Positions 37,403-46,697 of a stretch of DNA of 62,293 nucleotides are shown here, piece after piece. The stretch is from Verrucomicrobiales bacterium (lineage in GTDB: Bacteria; Verrucomicrobiota; Verrucomicrobiia; Verrucomicrobiales; SLCJ01): contig JBJTQJ010000115.1 in NCBI GenBank assembly GCA_046075565.1, forward strand, positions 1 through 62,293. Reading direction: 5' to 3'. Under the pieces are notes generated by a model. It made no database searches and was not told where the DNA came from. It saw nothing but the letters and a program-made list of their open reading frames with translations. A program made the translations under genes and the position numbers. Position 1 is the stretch's first letter. Every line of letters starts with the position of its first letter.

Positions 37403-39103
37403 ATGAGCGACTCCATTTCCCGTCAGTATTCCTCCCAAGTGGTGGACGGCCCCGACCGCGCCGCCAGCCGCGCCATGCTTCATGCCGTCGGCTTCAAACG
37501 CGAGGATTTTTCCAAACCCAAGGTCGGCATCGCCTCCACCTGGAGCATGGTCACGCCGTGCAACATGCACATCGACGTGCTCGCCCGCGAATCCGCCAAG
37601 GGTACCGACGCCGCCGGAGGCAAGAGCGTCATCTTCAATACCATCACCATCTCCGATGGCATCTCGATGGGCACCGAAGGCATGAAGTATTCCCTCGTGT
37701 CGCGCGAGATTATCGCCGACTCCATCGAAGCCGTGGTCGGTTGCGAAGGCATGGATGGCTTTGTCGCCATCGGTGGCTGTGACAAGAACATGCCCGGCTG
37801 CATGATGGCCATGGCGCGGCTCAACCGTCCTTCCGTCTTCGTCTACGGCGGCACCATTCTGCCCGGTTGCCATGATGGAAAAAAACTCGACATCGTTTCC
37901 GTTTTCGAAGCCGTCGGTCAACACGCCAAAGGCGAACTCGACGATCAGGGACTACTCGACATCGAAGAGAATGCCATCCCCGGAGCTGGAAGCTGCGGCG
38001 GGATGTATACCGCCAACACCATGGCCAGCGCCATCGAGGCCCTCGGCATGAGCCTGCCCAATAGCTCGGCCCAGGCCGCTATCGGTGATGCGAAGCGCAT
38101 GGATTGCTTCGACGCGGGAGCCGCAGTCATGGAAATGCTGCGCCGCGGCATCCGCCCGAGCGACATTCTCTCGAAGGAAGCTTTTGAAAACTCCATCACC
38201 CTGCTCACCGCGCTTGGAGGCTCGACCAATGCCGTGCTGCACATGCTCGCCATCGCACACACCGCCGGCATTCCGCTTTCCATCGACGACTTCACCCGCA
38301 TCGGAAAACGCACGCCCGTGCTCGCCGACCTCAAACCGAGCGGCAAATATTTCATGAACGACCTCTGCGAAATCGGCGGCACGCTGCCGCTCATGCGCAT
38401 GCTGCTCGATGCCGGATTGCTGCACGGCGATTGCCTTACCGTCACCGGTCGCACTCTCGCCCAAAACCTGGAAAAGGTTTCTCCGAAATATCCGGAAGGC
38501 CAGACCATCATCCGGGGTTTTGACAATCCAATCAAAGAGGACGGCCACCTCGTCATTCTCTATGGCAACCTCGCCCCCGGTGGAGCTGTCGCCAAGATCA
38601 GCGGCAAGGAAGGCATGCGCTTCGAGGGCACGGCTCGCGTTTTCGACTCTGAGGAAGAAGGCATGAAAGCCATCCTTGGCGGCGAAATCGTCAAGGGCAA
38701 TGTCATCGTTATCCGCCGCGAAGGTCCGAAGGGCGGCCCCGGAATGCGGGAAATGCTCGGGCCCACAAGCGCGGTCATGGGACGCGGGCTCGGCAAGGAT
38801 GTGGCGCTCATTACTGATGGCCGTTTCTCCGGAGGCAGCCACGGCTTCGTGGTCGGCCACATCACGCCGGAAGCCCATGTCGGTGGTCCGCTCGCCCTGG
38901 TGCGCGACGGTGATGCCATTACCATCGATGCCGAGACCCGCGAGATCAGCCTGGGTGTTAGCGATGCCGAATTGGCCGCCCGCCGCCAGATCTGGAAAGC
39001 CTACGAACCGCGTTACACCCGTGGAGCCCTCGCGAAATTCGCCGCTCTTTGCACCTCCGCCAGCGAAGGAGCCGTGACCGACAAAGTCCTCCCTCCGCTG
39101 TAA
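37403..39103 (+). CDS. ilvD: Dihydroxy-acid dehydratase
   Basis: [45 protein letters not shown]. Confidence 0.96.
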   Translation: MSDSISRQYSSQVVDGPDRAASRAMLHAVGFKREDFSKPKVGIASTWSMVTPCNMHIDVLARESAKGTDAAGGKSVIFNTITISDGISMGTEGMKYSLVSREIIADSIEAVVGCEGMDGFVAIGGCDKNMPGCMMAMARLNRPSVFVYGGTILPGCHDGKKLDIVSVFEAVGQHAKGELDDQGLLDIEENAIPGAGSCGGMYTANTMASAIEALGMSLPNSSAQAAIGDAKRMDCFDAGAAVMEMLRRGIRPSDILSKEAFENSITLLTALGGSTNAVLHMLAIAHTAGIPLSIDDFTRIGKRTPVLADLKPSGKYFMNDLCEIGGTLPLMRMLLDAGLLHGDCLTVTGRTLAQNLEKVSPKYPEGQTIIRGFDNPIKEDGHLVILYGNLAPGGAVAKISGKEGMRFEGTARVFDSEEEGMKAILGGEIVKGNVIVIRREGPKGGPGMREMLGPTSAVMGRGLGKDVALITDGRFSGGSHGFVVGHITPEAHVGGPLALVRDGDAITIDAETREISLGVSDAELAARRQIWKAYEPRYTRGALAKFAALCTSASEGAVTDKVLPPL

Positions 39104-39119
39104 GCCTATCATTCACACC

Positions 39120-40607
39120 ATGAGCGCCGACTCCGCCTATGATCGCCTGAGCGACCTCGCTGGCGAAATCCACGCGTTCAGCAGCAGCCTATCTCTCCTC
39201 TGGTGGGATGAGGAAACAGGCTTGCCGCCGAAGGCCATCTCGTGGCGAGCCCGCCAGACCGAGGCGTTGAGCTCGCACGCCCACCGGCTTTCCACTTCGG
39301 ATGACTTCGGGGATTTGTTGGCCCGTTGTGAGGACGAGGAAAAAACTCCCGACACCACCCGGGCGGCCAACCTGCGGCTCTGGCGGGAGAACTACGACCG
39401 CAACCGCAAGCTACCGGCGAGTTTCGTTGCCGAAGAAGCATCGACCGGCACCCACGCCCGCACAGCCTGGGCCACCGCTCGGTCCCAAAACAACTTCGCC
39501 ACTTTCCTTCCCTGGCTGGAAAAACAAGTCGAATTGCGCCGCCGCAAGGTGGATTACCTCGGCTACGAGGAACACCCCTACGACGCATTGCTCAATCTTT
39601 ACGAGCGCGGTATGAAAGCCAGCGAAGCTGGCACCGTGTTGGGAGACTTGCAGAAGCGGCTCGTCGAATTCCTGCCCGCCGCCCTCGAACATGCGAAGTC
39701 CGTGCCCTCCGATCTCCTGGATGGTGACTATCCGATCGAAAAACAGACGGCCTTCAACCGCGAGGTGCTCGCATCCCTCGGATTCGATTTCGAAGCAGGC
39801 CGACTCGACACCACGACCCATCCGTTCTGCTCGCGTATCACCCCCGGCGACGTGCGCCTGACCACCCGCTACAATGAGTGCAATTTTTCCGATGCCTTTT
39901 TCGGTTGCCTGCATGAAATGGGACACGGGCTTTATGAACAAGGCCTGCCGGAGGATGAAGCCACACGCCCGGTTGGCCAGAGTGTATCCCTCGGCATCCA
40001 CGAATCGCAGAGTCGGCTCTGGGAAAACCACGTCGGGCGCAGTCCGGAATTCTGGGAGAAATGGCTGCCGCTAGCGGCAAAGTATTTCCCCCACCTCGCC
40101 CGGCGCACCCCGGAAGAGATGACCCTCGCCCTCAACCGTGCCGAACCGGGTTTCATCCGTGTCGGTTCCGACGAAGCCACGTATGACCTCCACATCTGCC
40201 TCCGCTTCGGACTCGAACTCGATCTCGTCACCGGCGATCTCGCGGCCCGCGACTTGGCTGGGGAGTGGAACCGCCGCTTCAAGGAATTGACCGGGCTTGA
40301 TGTGCCGGATGACCGCCGTGGCTGTCTCCAGGATATCCACTGGTCCATGGGTGCCATCGGTTACTTCGCGACTTACAGCCTTGGCAATCTGCTCGCCGCC
40401 CAACTCATGGAAAGCGCCCGTTGTGAACCCACCATCGCCGCCGCTTGTGACCGTGCCGACTACGCTCCTTTGTTAGGCTGGCTCCGCGATCATATCCACG
40501 GCCCGGGCAGCATGTATACACCCGGAGAATTAATCCTCCGGGCCACGGGCAAACCTCTCGCCGCCGACGCCTTCCTAAACCATCTTCGCCGCCGTTACAC
40601 GCGCTGA
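39120..40607 (+). CDS. M32 carboxypeptidase (Taq-type)
   Basis: HPF, DVRLTTRY, HEMGH, HESQ, IRV.SDE, GCLQDIHW, GYF.TY. Confidence 0.94.
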   Translation: MSADSAYDRLSDLAGEIHAFSSSLSLLWWDEETGLPPKAISWRARQTEALSSHAHRLSTSDDFGDLLARCEDEEKTPDTTRAANLRLWRENYDRNRKLPASFVAEEASTGTHARTAWATARSQNNFATFLPWLEKQVELRRRKVDYLGYEEHPYDALLNLYERGMKASEAGTVLGDLQKRLVEFLPAALEHAKSVPSDLLDGDYPIEKQTAFNREVLASLGFDFEAGRLDTTTHPFCSRITPGDVRLTTRYNECNFSDAFFGCLHEMGHGLYEQGLPEDEATRPVGQSVSLGIHESQSRLWENHVGRSPEFWEKWLPLAAKYFPHLARRTPEEMTLALNRAEPGFIRVGSDEATYDLHICLRFGLELDLVTGDLAARDLAGEWNRRFKELTGLDVPDDRRGCLQDIHWSMGAIGYFATYSLGNLLAAQLMESARCEPTIAAACDRADYAPLLGWLRDHIHGPGSMYTPGELILRATGKPLAADAFLNHLRRRYTR

Positions 40608-40625
40608 GGCAAGCCAACCGACCCC

Positions 40626-41363
40626 ATGCCTGCTCCCGCGCTCGCTTACCTCGTCTGTGCAACCCACCGCAGCGGTAGCAACCTGCTATGCCAGATGCTC
40701 TGGCACACCGGCCTTGCCGGATACCCGCAGGAGGCTTTCTCTCCCACACGGCGCTCCATCATCGCGAGACAACATGGGCTCAAAACCGATCCGGAAAAGG
40801 ACTTCGCCGGCTACATCCGGGAGTTGATGAAAATCCGCCAAACCCCGAATGGCGTTTTCGGCGCGAAAATGATGTGGAAACATCTGCCTGGTTTCTGCGA
40901 GGCCTTTGGCGGTGATCCCGCCCGTCCTTGGCTGACACTGAAATCTGAACTTCCCTCTCTCCGCTGCCTTTGGGTGCGCCGCCGTGATGCGGTCCGTCAG
41001 GCCATTTCCCTCGTCAAGGCCAAACAAAGTAAAGTCTATAATACACTCCAATTGCAGGAAGGCACGAAACAGGAAACGGCACAAATCCACTACGATTTCG
41101 CCGCCATCGACAAGGAAGTGAAACGCTTCCGCAACGAAGACGAGGCGTGGGCCGGATTCTTCCGCGAATCCGGCATCGCGCCTGCCGAGGTGATCTACGA
41201 GGACTTCGCCCGTGATTTCGACGGCCACATCCGCCGGGTGCTCGCCCATCTCGAGGTCACGATCCCGGCAGACTTCAGGTGCCCCACCACCACCTACACC
41301 CGCCAGAGCGACGCCACCAATGACGAATGGGCAAGCCGCTACGAGGCGGAACGCTCGCACTGA
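40626..41363 (+). CDS. Stf0-family PAPS-dependent sulfotransferase
   Basis: RSGSNLL 5'-PSB, TPNGVFG.K.M, RRD.VRQAIS 3'-PB, YEDF. Confidence 0.87.
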   Translation: MPAPALAYLVCATHRSGSNLLCQMLWHTGLAGYPQEAFSPTRRSIIARQHGLKTDPEKDFAGYIRELMKIRQTPNGVFGAKMMWKHLPGFCEAFGGDPARPWLTLKSELPSLRCLWVRRRDAVRQAISLVKAKQSKVYNTLQLQEGTKQETAQIHYDFAAIDKEVKRFRNEDEAWAGFFRESGIAPAEVIYEDFARDFDGHIRRVLAHLEVTIPADFRCPTTTYTRQSDATNDEWASRYEAERSH

Positions 41364-41412
41364 CTCCCCTCGCGCATCGTGCAATCCCTCCCTGGAACAG
41401 GAAAAAAGCTTC

Positions 41413-41440
41413 TTGCACCCTCTCCGGCCCCTGCTATAGT
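41413..41440 (+). promoter_or_regulatory. Putative promoter of tRNA-Tyr (TTGCAC-N16-TATAGT, extended TG)
   Basis: Consensus-like hexamers 39 bp before the tRNA. Confidence 0.6.
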
Positions 41441-41479
41441 CTCCCTTCCGGCGCGAAAGCGTCGCCGATGTCACATCGG

Positions 41480-41565
41480 GGGTAGGTTCCAGAGCGGCCA
41501 AACGGGGCAGACTGTAAATCTGCTGGCTTACGCCTTCGCTGGTTCGAATCCAGCCCTGCCCACCA
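41480..41565 (+). tRNA. tRNA-Tyr (GTA), CCA encoded
   Basis: GGGTAGG/CCTGCCC acceptor stem, GCAGA-CTGTAAA-TCTGC anticodon arm, long variable arm, GGTTCGAATCC. Confidence 0.97.
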
Positions 41566-41679
41566 TCTTTTCGAGTCAATATACGCAACGGGCTGGATGA
41601 GAACCAGCCGCGAGCGCAGCGAGCAACGATGGTTCGCACCGAGGCCGCAGGCCGACACACAACCGACGGCAAGTCGGGC

Positions 41680-41702
41680 AATCCAGCCCTGACCACCATC
41701 TT
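41680..41702 (+). repeat. Duplicate of the tRNA-Tyr 3' end (23 bp, 1 mismatch to 41547-41569)
   Basis: AATCCAGCCCTGaCCACCATCTT versus AATCCAGCCCTGcCCACCATCTT. Confidence 0.85.
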
Positions 41703-41871
41703 ACTTGGGGTTCTCCTCGTGTCTCAATTCCGCTTCCATCACACGAAGAGAGACGCTTTCAACCGTCGATATTGTTTTGAATCGCCGCCTAGAGCTGGCG
41801 ACACAAAACTGCTAACACCCGCGGATTCGTTTTGCAGGTGGCGCACCACGAGACTTCCCACTTGGAGACTC

Positions 41872-42912
41872 TCAAACCGGGATGGCACCAGGCGGCTTCG
41901 CAAATCTCGCGCTGTGACAGGAAAATCCCGCGCCGAAGGACGAGAGGATCCGCTCTCCGGTCTCCGGAGCTGACTGCAGGTCGTGCTCCAAGGCGAGGAG
42001 GACCGAAGGCGACGAGCAATTGCCGACGCGGCGCAGGATTTCCCGGCTGGCCGCGTTTTCGTGATCCGGCAGGGCGGTAGCGAGGGCATCAAGCACATCG
42101 CGTCCTCCGGCGTGGCTGATCAGTTTCCCCGGTGGCTGGGCGGCGAGCAATTCGGCCACGGCACCGGCGGCGAGGGCGGGTACGGACCGGTCCAAGCGGT
42201 TGCGGAGGTAGCCCTTTTCGTTGGCAAAGCGGATCTTCTCCCGATGTTCCGGACGATGCAGCGTGCGAAAGTCGGAGAAGGTGCCAATGACACCTGATTT
42301 CTCGGTGCCGCCGACAATCACCGCAGACGCCGCATCGCCAAATAGACAAAGCGAGATCAGAACGGCCGCATCGTTGTCGAGATAGAATGCGGCGGAACAA
42401 ATTTCAACCGCGACCACGGCGACCTTTGCTTCAGGTTGCGCGGCAACCATTCCTTCGGCCACCCGCAACGCGGGTATGGCCGCACCGCAACCAGCGCCTA
42501 CGAGATCGGTTAAGGCTGCGTCAGCACGCAGGCCCAGGCGTTCGGAGACATGGCTCGAAAGCCCGGGGCAGAGGTATCCGGTGCATGTGCAGATCACGAG
42601 ACCATCGAGTTCGTCTGCTTTCAGCCCCGCCTTTGTGAGGGCCTTTTCGAGGGCCTTCGCGGCGAGTTCCGGCGCCTCCGCTTCAAAGTAGGCGTTCAGT
42701 TCGCCCGCGTGTTTGGGAAAGAGTCGGGCGGGGTCAGGTTCCGCGAAGTGCCGGGTCTCGATGCCTCCTGGACCCAGCAGCACCTTTTCCAGTAAAACGG
42801 CGGCGCGTGGGCTCAGGGCCCGTCCCTCTGGTGAAGTCCGCAGGATTTCCCACACCTCCGCCTGGGTAAAGACGGATGGAGGCAAGGCATGGGCAATCGA
42901 ACGGACAAACAT
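41872..42912 (-). CDS. Type III polyketide synthase (chalcone/stilbene synthase family)
   Basis: CTCTGY..PG, catalytic triad GAGC / HAGG / GNCSS, EICS, LFGDAA, FGAG. Confidence 0.92.
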   Translation of the reverse strand: MFVRSIAHALPPSVFTQAEVWEILRTSPEGRALSPRAAVLLEKVLLGPGGIETRHFAEPDPARLFPKHAGELNAYFEAEAPELAAKALEKALTKAGLKADELDGLVICTCTGYLCPGLSSHVSERLGLRADAALTDLVGAGCGAAIPALRVAEGMVAAQPEAKVAVVAVEICSAAFYLDNDAAVLISLCLFGDAASAVIVGGTEKSGVIGTFSDFRTLHRPEHREKIRFANEKGYLRNRLDRSVPALAAGAVAELLAAQPPGKLISHAGGRDVLDALATALPDHENAASREILRRVGNCSSPSVLLALEHDLQSAPETGERILSSFGAGFSCHSARFAKPPGAIPV

Positions 42913-42926
42913 AGCGGGCGGAAATT

Positions 42927-43967
42927 TCAGTGGGTAAGACGGAAGAGCAAGTGGAAGGGCAAAAGACCTGTCCGCGCCAACCATGCGACAACTCTCTGCC
43001 CGGCCGGATGCAAGAGCATGGGGTGGCCCAAACCCGACCAACGCATGCGGCTTTGGAATTCCTTGTGCAATTCGCCGCGCGAACGGGCAACCGCCTGGGG
43101 CCAGGAAATCCGTCCTCTCGCCCATGCCTCGGCGTGCGGCACGATGGCGCTACCGGCCTGAATGGCCATGGTCATTCCATTGCCGGTAAAGGGAGGAATC
43201 ATGGCCGCGGCATCACCAATGGCGAGTGCGGAAGCATCGTTCCCTTTGTTTTGCCATCCGAGGGATGCCGCGGCACATCCGGCCACCGAGCTATCGTCCC
43301 AATTGGCATCGCGCAGTCGACACGCGAGGTTTGTTAGGCCGATGGCCCCGGCCGCCGCCACCAGTTTGCGTTCGTCGCGTCCGGTCGAACGAAACGCCGC
43401 CGCGGGGAACAATCCGCACGCATTCACTTTCCCCGATTCAATACGCGCCAAGCCGATGTAGCCGCCACGACCGAGATGGACTTCAAGATCCGCGGCGAGG
43501 CTTTCTCCACGCAAATGGGCTTTGAGCCCGACCCATTTCGGCGGCCCGCCGGCAGGCCGTCCGCAGGCAATGACTTTTCCCTCGCCAGGTTTTAGGTCGG
43601 CGCGCTCCCCGCTGCTCAATTTGCCACCTGTTTCGGCAAAAGATTCAGCTAACCGCTGGTCGAGAAGAAAGCGCGATATCCCGAGCACGGGACCAGGCAA
43701 CTCGGTCGTGTGAAAGGGCAGCTTTGAATCGAGAAACCAAGCGCAAGTCCGGTTGCGGGCAGCACCGGAAAACATCGGACCGAGATTGTGTTCGGCAATC
43801 CAGCTCTCGTCCAGTCCGCAAAGGAATTCCCCGCAGACCCGGTGGCGCGGATAGGACGCGGCCTCGCGCAGATGAACTGGAATCCCCCTTCGCCGTAAAA
43901 GCAACCCGGCCACCAGCCCGGCCAAGCCGCCGCCGATGATTTCAACGCTCTTTGGGTTTCCTTCCAT
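42927..43967 (-). CDS. FAD-dependent oxidoreductase/monooxygenase
   Basis: IIGGGLAG, HRVCGEF, SR..LD, IGDAA..IPPFTGNGM.MA. Confidence 0.88.
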   Translation of the reverse strand: MEGNPKSVEIIGGGLAGLVAGLLLRRRGIPVHLREAASYPRHRVCGEFLCGLDESWIAEHNLGPMFSGAARNRTCAWFLDSKLPFHTTELPGPVLGISRFLLDQRLAESFAETGGKLSSGERADLKPGEGKVIACGRPAGGPPKWVGLKAHLRGESLAADLEVHLGRGGYIGLARIESGKVNACGLFPAAAFRSTGRDERKLVAAAGAIGLTNLACRLRDANWDDSSVAGCAAASLGWQNKGNDASALAIGDAAAMIPPFTGNGMTMAIQAGSAIVPHAEAWARGRISWPQAVARSRGELHKEFQSRMRWSGLGHPMLLHPAGQRVVAWLARTGLLPFHLLFRLTH

Positions 43968-44026
43968 ACGTAAGATTTATCTACATTTGCCAGACGCCCT
44001 CAGAACCGGGAAGATGTTTCGCTCCC

Positions 44027-44749
44027 CTATTTGATATTCGCGCGTTTTTTCCTGTCCTTGGTCTTGGTGATCCCGAAAGCGCGGGCAACAGACTCCTGCC
44101 GTTCCGCTATCCAGGGATCGTCTTTCCACTTGTGCGAACTCAGACCATCCCCGAGATAGTTGCAGACAACGACTGGAATGTATCTGATGCGAGCTTCGGG
44201 CCGCGAGAAAAAGCGCACATTGAACTCATAATCCGAAAGCACGGGATACATCGTTTTGAAACCACCCATATCGATCACCAGTTCCCGGCGATAAAACAGC
44301 GCTTGTTGGCAGACGTTGTAACGGAAAAAATCCTGGGGTTTGAACTCCCCGAAGTATCGCGTCTTGGACTCCATCATCCAGACATCTCCATAAACGGCGT
44401 CCAATGGCGGCGCTTCCCGAAGATGGGGCAGCACCTCTTCCAAAACACCCCGTCGAAGGGTATCGCCCGCTCCAAGCACCAAGACATATTTTCCCTTGGC
44501 CCGCGAGATGGCACGGTTTATGCCGTAATAGACACCATTGTCGGGAAGCGATTCGATCCGAGTGGATGGAGGCATCAAGTCCATGCCGTCCGGTGTGTCG
44601 GGCTTTTTGCCGCCGTGTTGAACTAGTATTTCCACCTCGGCCCCAAGATTCCCCGGAATCGAACCCAAGGTGGCCGAAACCGCCTTGTCGAGGGCCAGCG
44701 TCGGAATCACAACGGAAACAAAGGGAGAATTCTCGGCTCGAGGCTTCAT
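44027..44749 (-). CDS. GT2 glycosyltransferase (WcaE-like)
   Basis: VSVVIPT, PDNGVY.GIN, LGAGD, VYGD, SDYEF. Confidence 0.85.
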   Translation of the reverse strand: MKPRAENSPFVSVVIPTLALDKAVSATLGSIPGNLGAEVEILVQHGGKKPDTPDGMDLMPPSTRIESLPDNGVYYGINRAISRAKGKYVLVLGAGDTLRRGVLEEVLPHLREAPPLDAVYGDVWMMESKTRYFGEFKPQDFFRYNVCQQALFYRRELVIDMGGFKTMYPVLSDYEFNVRFFSRPEARIRYIPVVVCNYLGDGLSSHKWKDDPWIAERQESVARAFGITKTKDRKKRANIK

Positions 44750-44849
44750 GCAGGTGGCGCAAGGTCACGGTGTTTTCAGGGGCTGACAAGGAAAATCCGG
44801 CAAAATCTTGCCCGCTTGCGGGAAGCCCGTTTTCCGGCGACTTTCCGCC

Positions 44850-46376
44850 ATGTCCCCTGCCCCGATTTTCTGGACCCGCCGCCGCCTCCTCGGCGGAATT
44901 GCCGGCACGCTGGTCGCTCCATCATTGTTCGCCGGGAAAGCCCCCGCCCCGGGGTTGAAAACGATCAGCATCATCCACACCACGGATTTGCACGGCCATA
45001 TCCTGCCTACTGAAAACTACGACGGTGTGGGAGATCTCGGGGGTTTCGCCCGCTGCTCGACCCAGATCGCCCGCTGGAGGCAAGAATGTCCGGCGAACTT
45101 GCTCGTCGATCTCGGTGACGTCTATCAAGGCACACCGGAATCACTCGCCAATCGCGGCCAACTCATGATGCGCATGTTCAATCATTTGAATTACGACGCA
45201 TGGGTGATCGGCAACCACGATCTCGATTGGGGACGGTCCGCCCTCGAAGCGAATCTCGCCACCTCTCGCTCCCCGGTTCTCACCGCGAATCTCTTGGTGG
45301 ATGGCAAGGAACCCGCAACTATGCCCGCACCGTGGGAAAAAGTGAAGCCATGGATCCTGCGGGAAATCGACGGACTGAAGATTGCCTTCATCGGTTTGAC
45401 CACCCCTGGAATGCCGATGTGGCTTGCTCCCGAAACTTTGGGCGGCATTGAAGCCAATGATCCAATTGCACGGCTCAAGTCGCTCCTTCCCGAACTGCGT
45501 GCTGCCAAACCGAATGCTATTGTCGTGCTCGGTCACATGGGGTGGAAATTCCAAGACGACAACGACAATCCGGTGCGTGAGCTGCTGGAGGCCGAGGATG
45601 GCATCGATGTCTATCTCGGCGGACACAGTCATCAGGACCAACCATCATGGAAGTGGAAAGGCGTGCAATGCAGCCAGGCCGGCTACTACGGAATCTGGTG
45701 CGGACGTTGTGATCTGCATTTCCATGAGGAGAGCGGGAAACTCTATCAGGCACGTGCCATCACCATGCTCATGGACGAGCGCATCCCCGCGGATCCGGAG
45801 GTGCTGAAAATCGCGGCCGAAGATGTGGAAAAAGCCCGTGCGGAGGAAAAACGCGTGCTCCGGGAAATACCAGAGGCCATCGACGGCAAAGGACGCGAGA
45901 GCGGCTTGAACCGGATGTTCGCCGATGCCTTCTCTGATGCGCTCAACAACAGAAGCATCAAGGTGGATGGTGTTTTCCATGGAACTTTCGGCAGCGGGGA
46001 GATTCCTGCAGGTCCGATCACCGTCGGGGACGTCTGGCGCATCATTCCCTACGAGAACCTGCTATCGACCGCCCTTCTAACTGCAGATGACTTGCTCGCC
46101 ATTGTGGCCGAGGAAAAAACAATCAGCCGATCCGACCGCAAGCTCAGTGGATTCGACATCATTGAAAAGGATGGCATATCCACACTCATCCACCAAGGCA
46201 CCCCCGTGAACGACAGGACACGACGATTCACCATCGCTTTCAACAGCTACGACGGACAATCCGGCGGAGGAAGATTGAACAAGTTGAAACGCCGGATCTA
46301 CGAACCCGCCGCCAAACGCTCCGTCACGGATATCGAAACCCGCGAGGCACTCATCACCTGGCTCGGGAAAAAGTGA
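44850..46376 (+). CDS. Tat-exported metallophosphoesterase/5'-nucleotidase
   Basis: TRRRLL, HTTDLHG, DLGD, GNHD, GHMG, GGHSH, IPYEN. Confidence 0.9.
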   Translation: MSPAPIFWTRRRLLGGIAGTLVAPSLFAGKAPAPGLKTISIIHTTDLHGHILPTENYDGVGDLGGFARCSTQIARWRQECPANLLVDLGDVYQGTPESLANRGQLMMRMFNHLNYDAWVIGNHDLDWGRSALEANLATSRSPVLTANLLVDGKEPATMPAPWEKVKPWILREIDGLKIAFIGLTTPGMPMWLAPETLGGIEANDPIARLKSLLPELRAAKPNAIVVLGHMGWKFQDDNDNPVRELLEAEDGIDVYLGGHSHQDQPSWKWKGVQCSQAGYYGIWCGRCDLHFHEESGKLYQARAITMLMDERIPADPEVLKIAAEDVEKARAEEKRVLREIPEAIDGKGRESGLNRMFADAFSDALNNRSIKVDGVFHGTFGSGEIPAGPITVGDVWRIIPYENLLSTALLTADDLLAIVAEEKTISRSDRKLSGFDIIEKDGISTLIHQGTPVNDRTRRFTIAFNSYDGQSGGGRLNKLKRRIYEPAAKRSVTDIETREALITWLGKK

Positions 46377-46487
46377 GAGGGCGCGCATGTCTGCGGCAGA
46401 CATGCGGCTGGTGTGATAAGTCCCCACTTTTGAGTATGGAGATAAAACTGACCCTCGCCATTCGGCTCCAGCAATCGACCATGAAAA

Positions 46488-46563
46488 TGGAGCCGCCGAT
46501 CGGACTCGAACCGATGACCTGCTGATTACAAATCAGCTGCTCTACCAACTGAGCTAAGGCGGC
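46488..46563 (-). tRNA. tRNA-Thr (TGT), CCA encoded
   Basis: GCCGCCTTAGCTCAGTTGGTAGAGC...CTGAT-TTGTAAT-CAG...GGTTCGAGTCC...GGCGGCTCCA. Confidence 0.97.
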
Positions 46564-46573
46564 AAAGAGTGCT

Positions 46574-46602
46574 AGTCTAGCGCCGCTAATTGCGGATGGC
46601 AA
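46574..46602 (-). promoter_or_regulatory. Putative promoter of tRNA-Thr (TTGCCA-N17-TAGACT)
   Basis: Consensus-like hexamers 10 bp before the tRNA. Confidence 0.6.
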
Positions 46603-46697
46603 GGGCGGATGCGCAACCTCATCCGACAACGGCCCGGGGGAGGAGCCGTCGTGGAGGAGGTTGCCTCCGGGATCTTGGAGAAAGCAAGGGGCGCCTC

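Noticed and set aside
41566-46487. Region between the two tRNAs as an intact genomic island
   Set aside because: No integrase, and the only att-like duplication encloses just 110 bp
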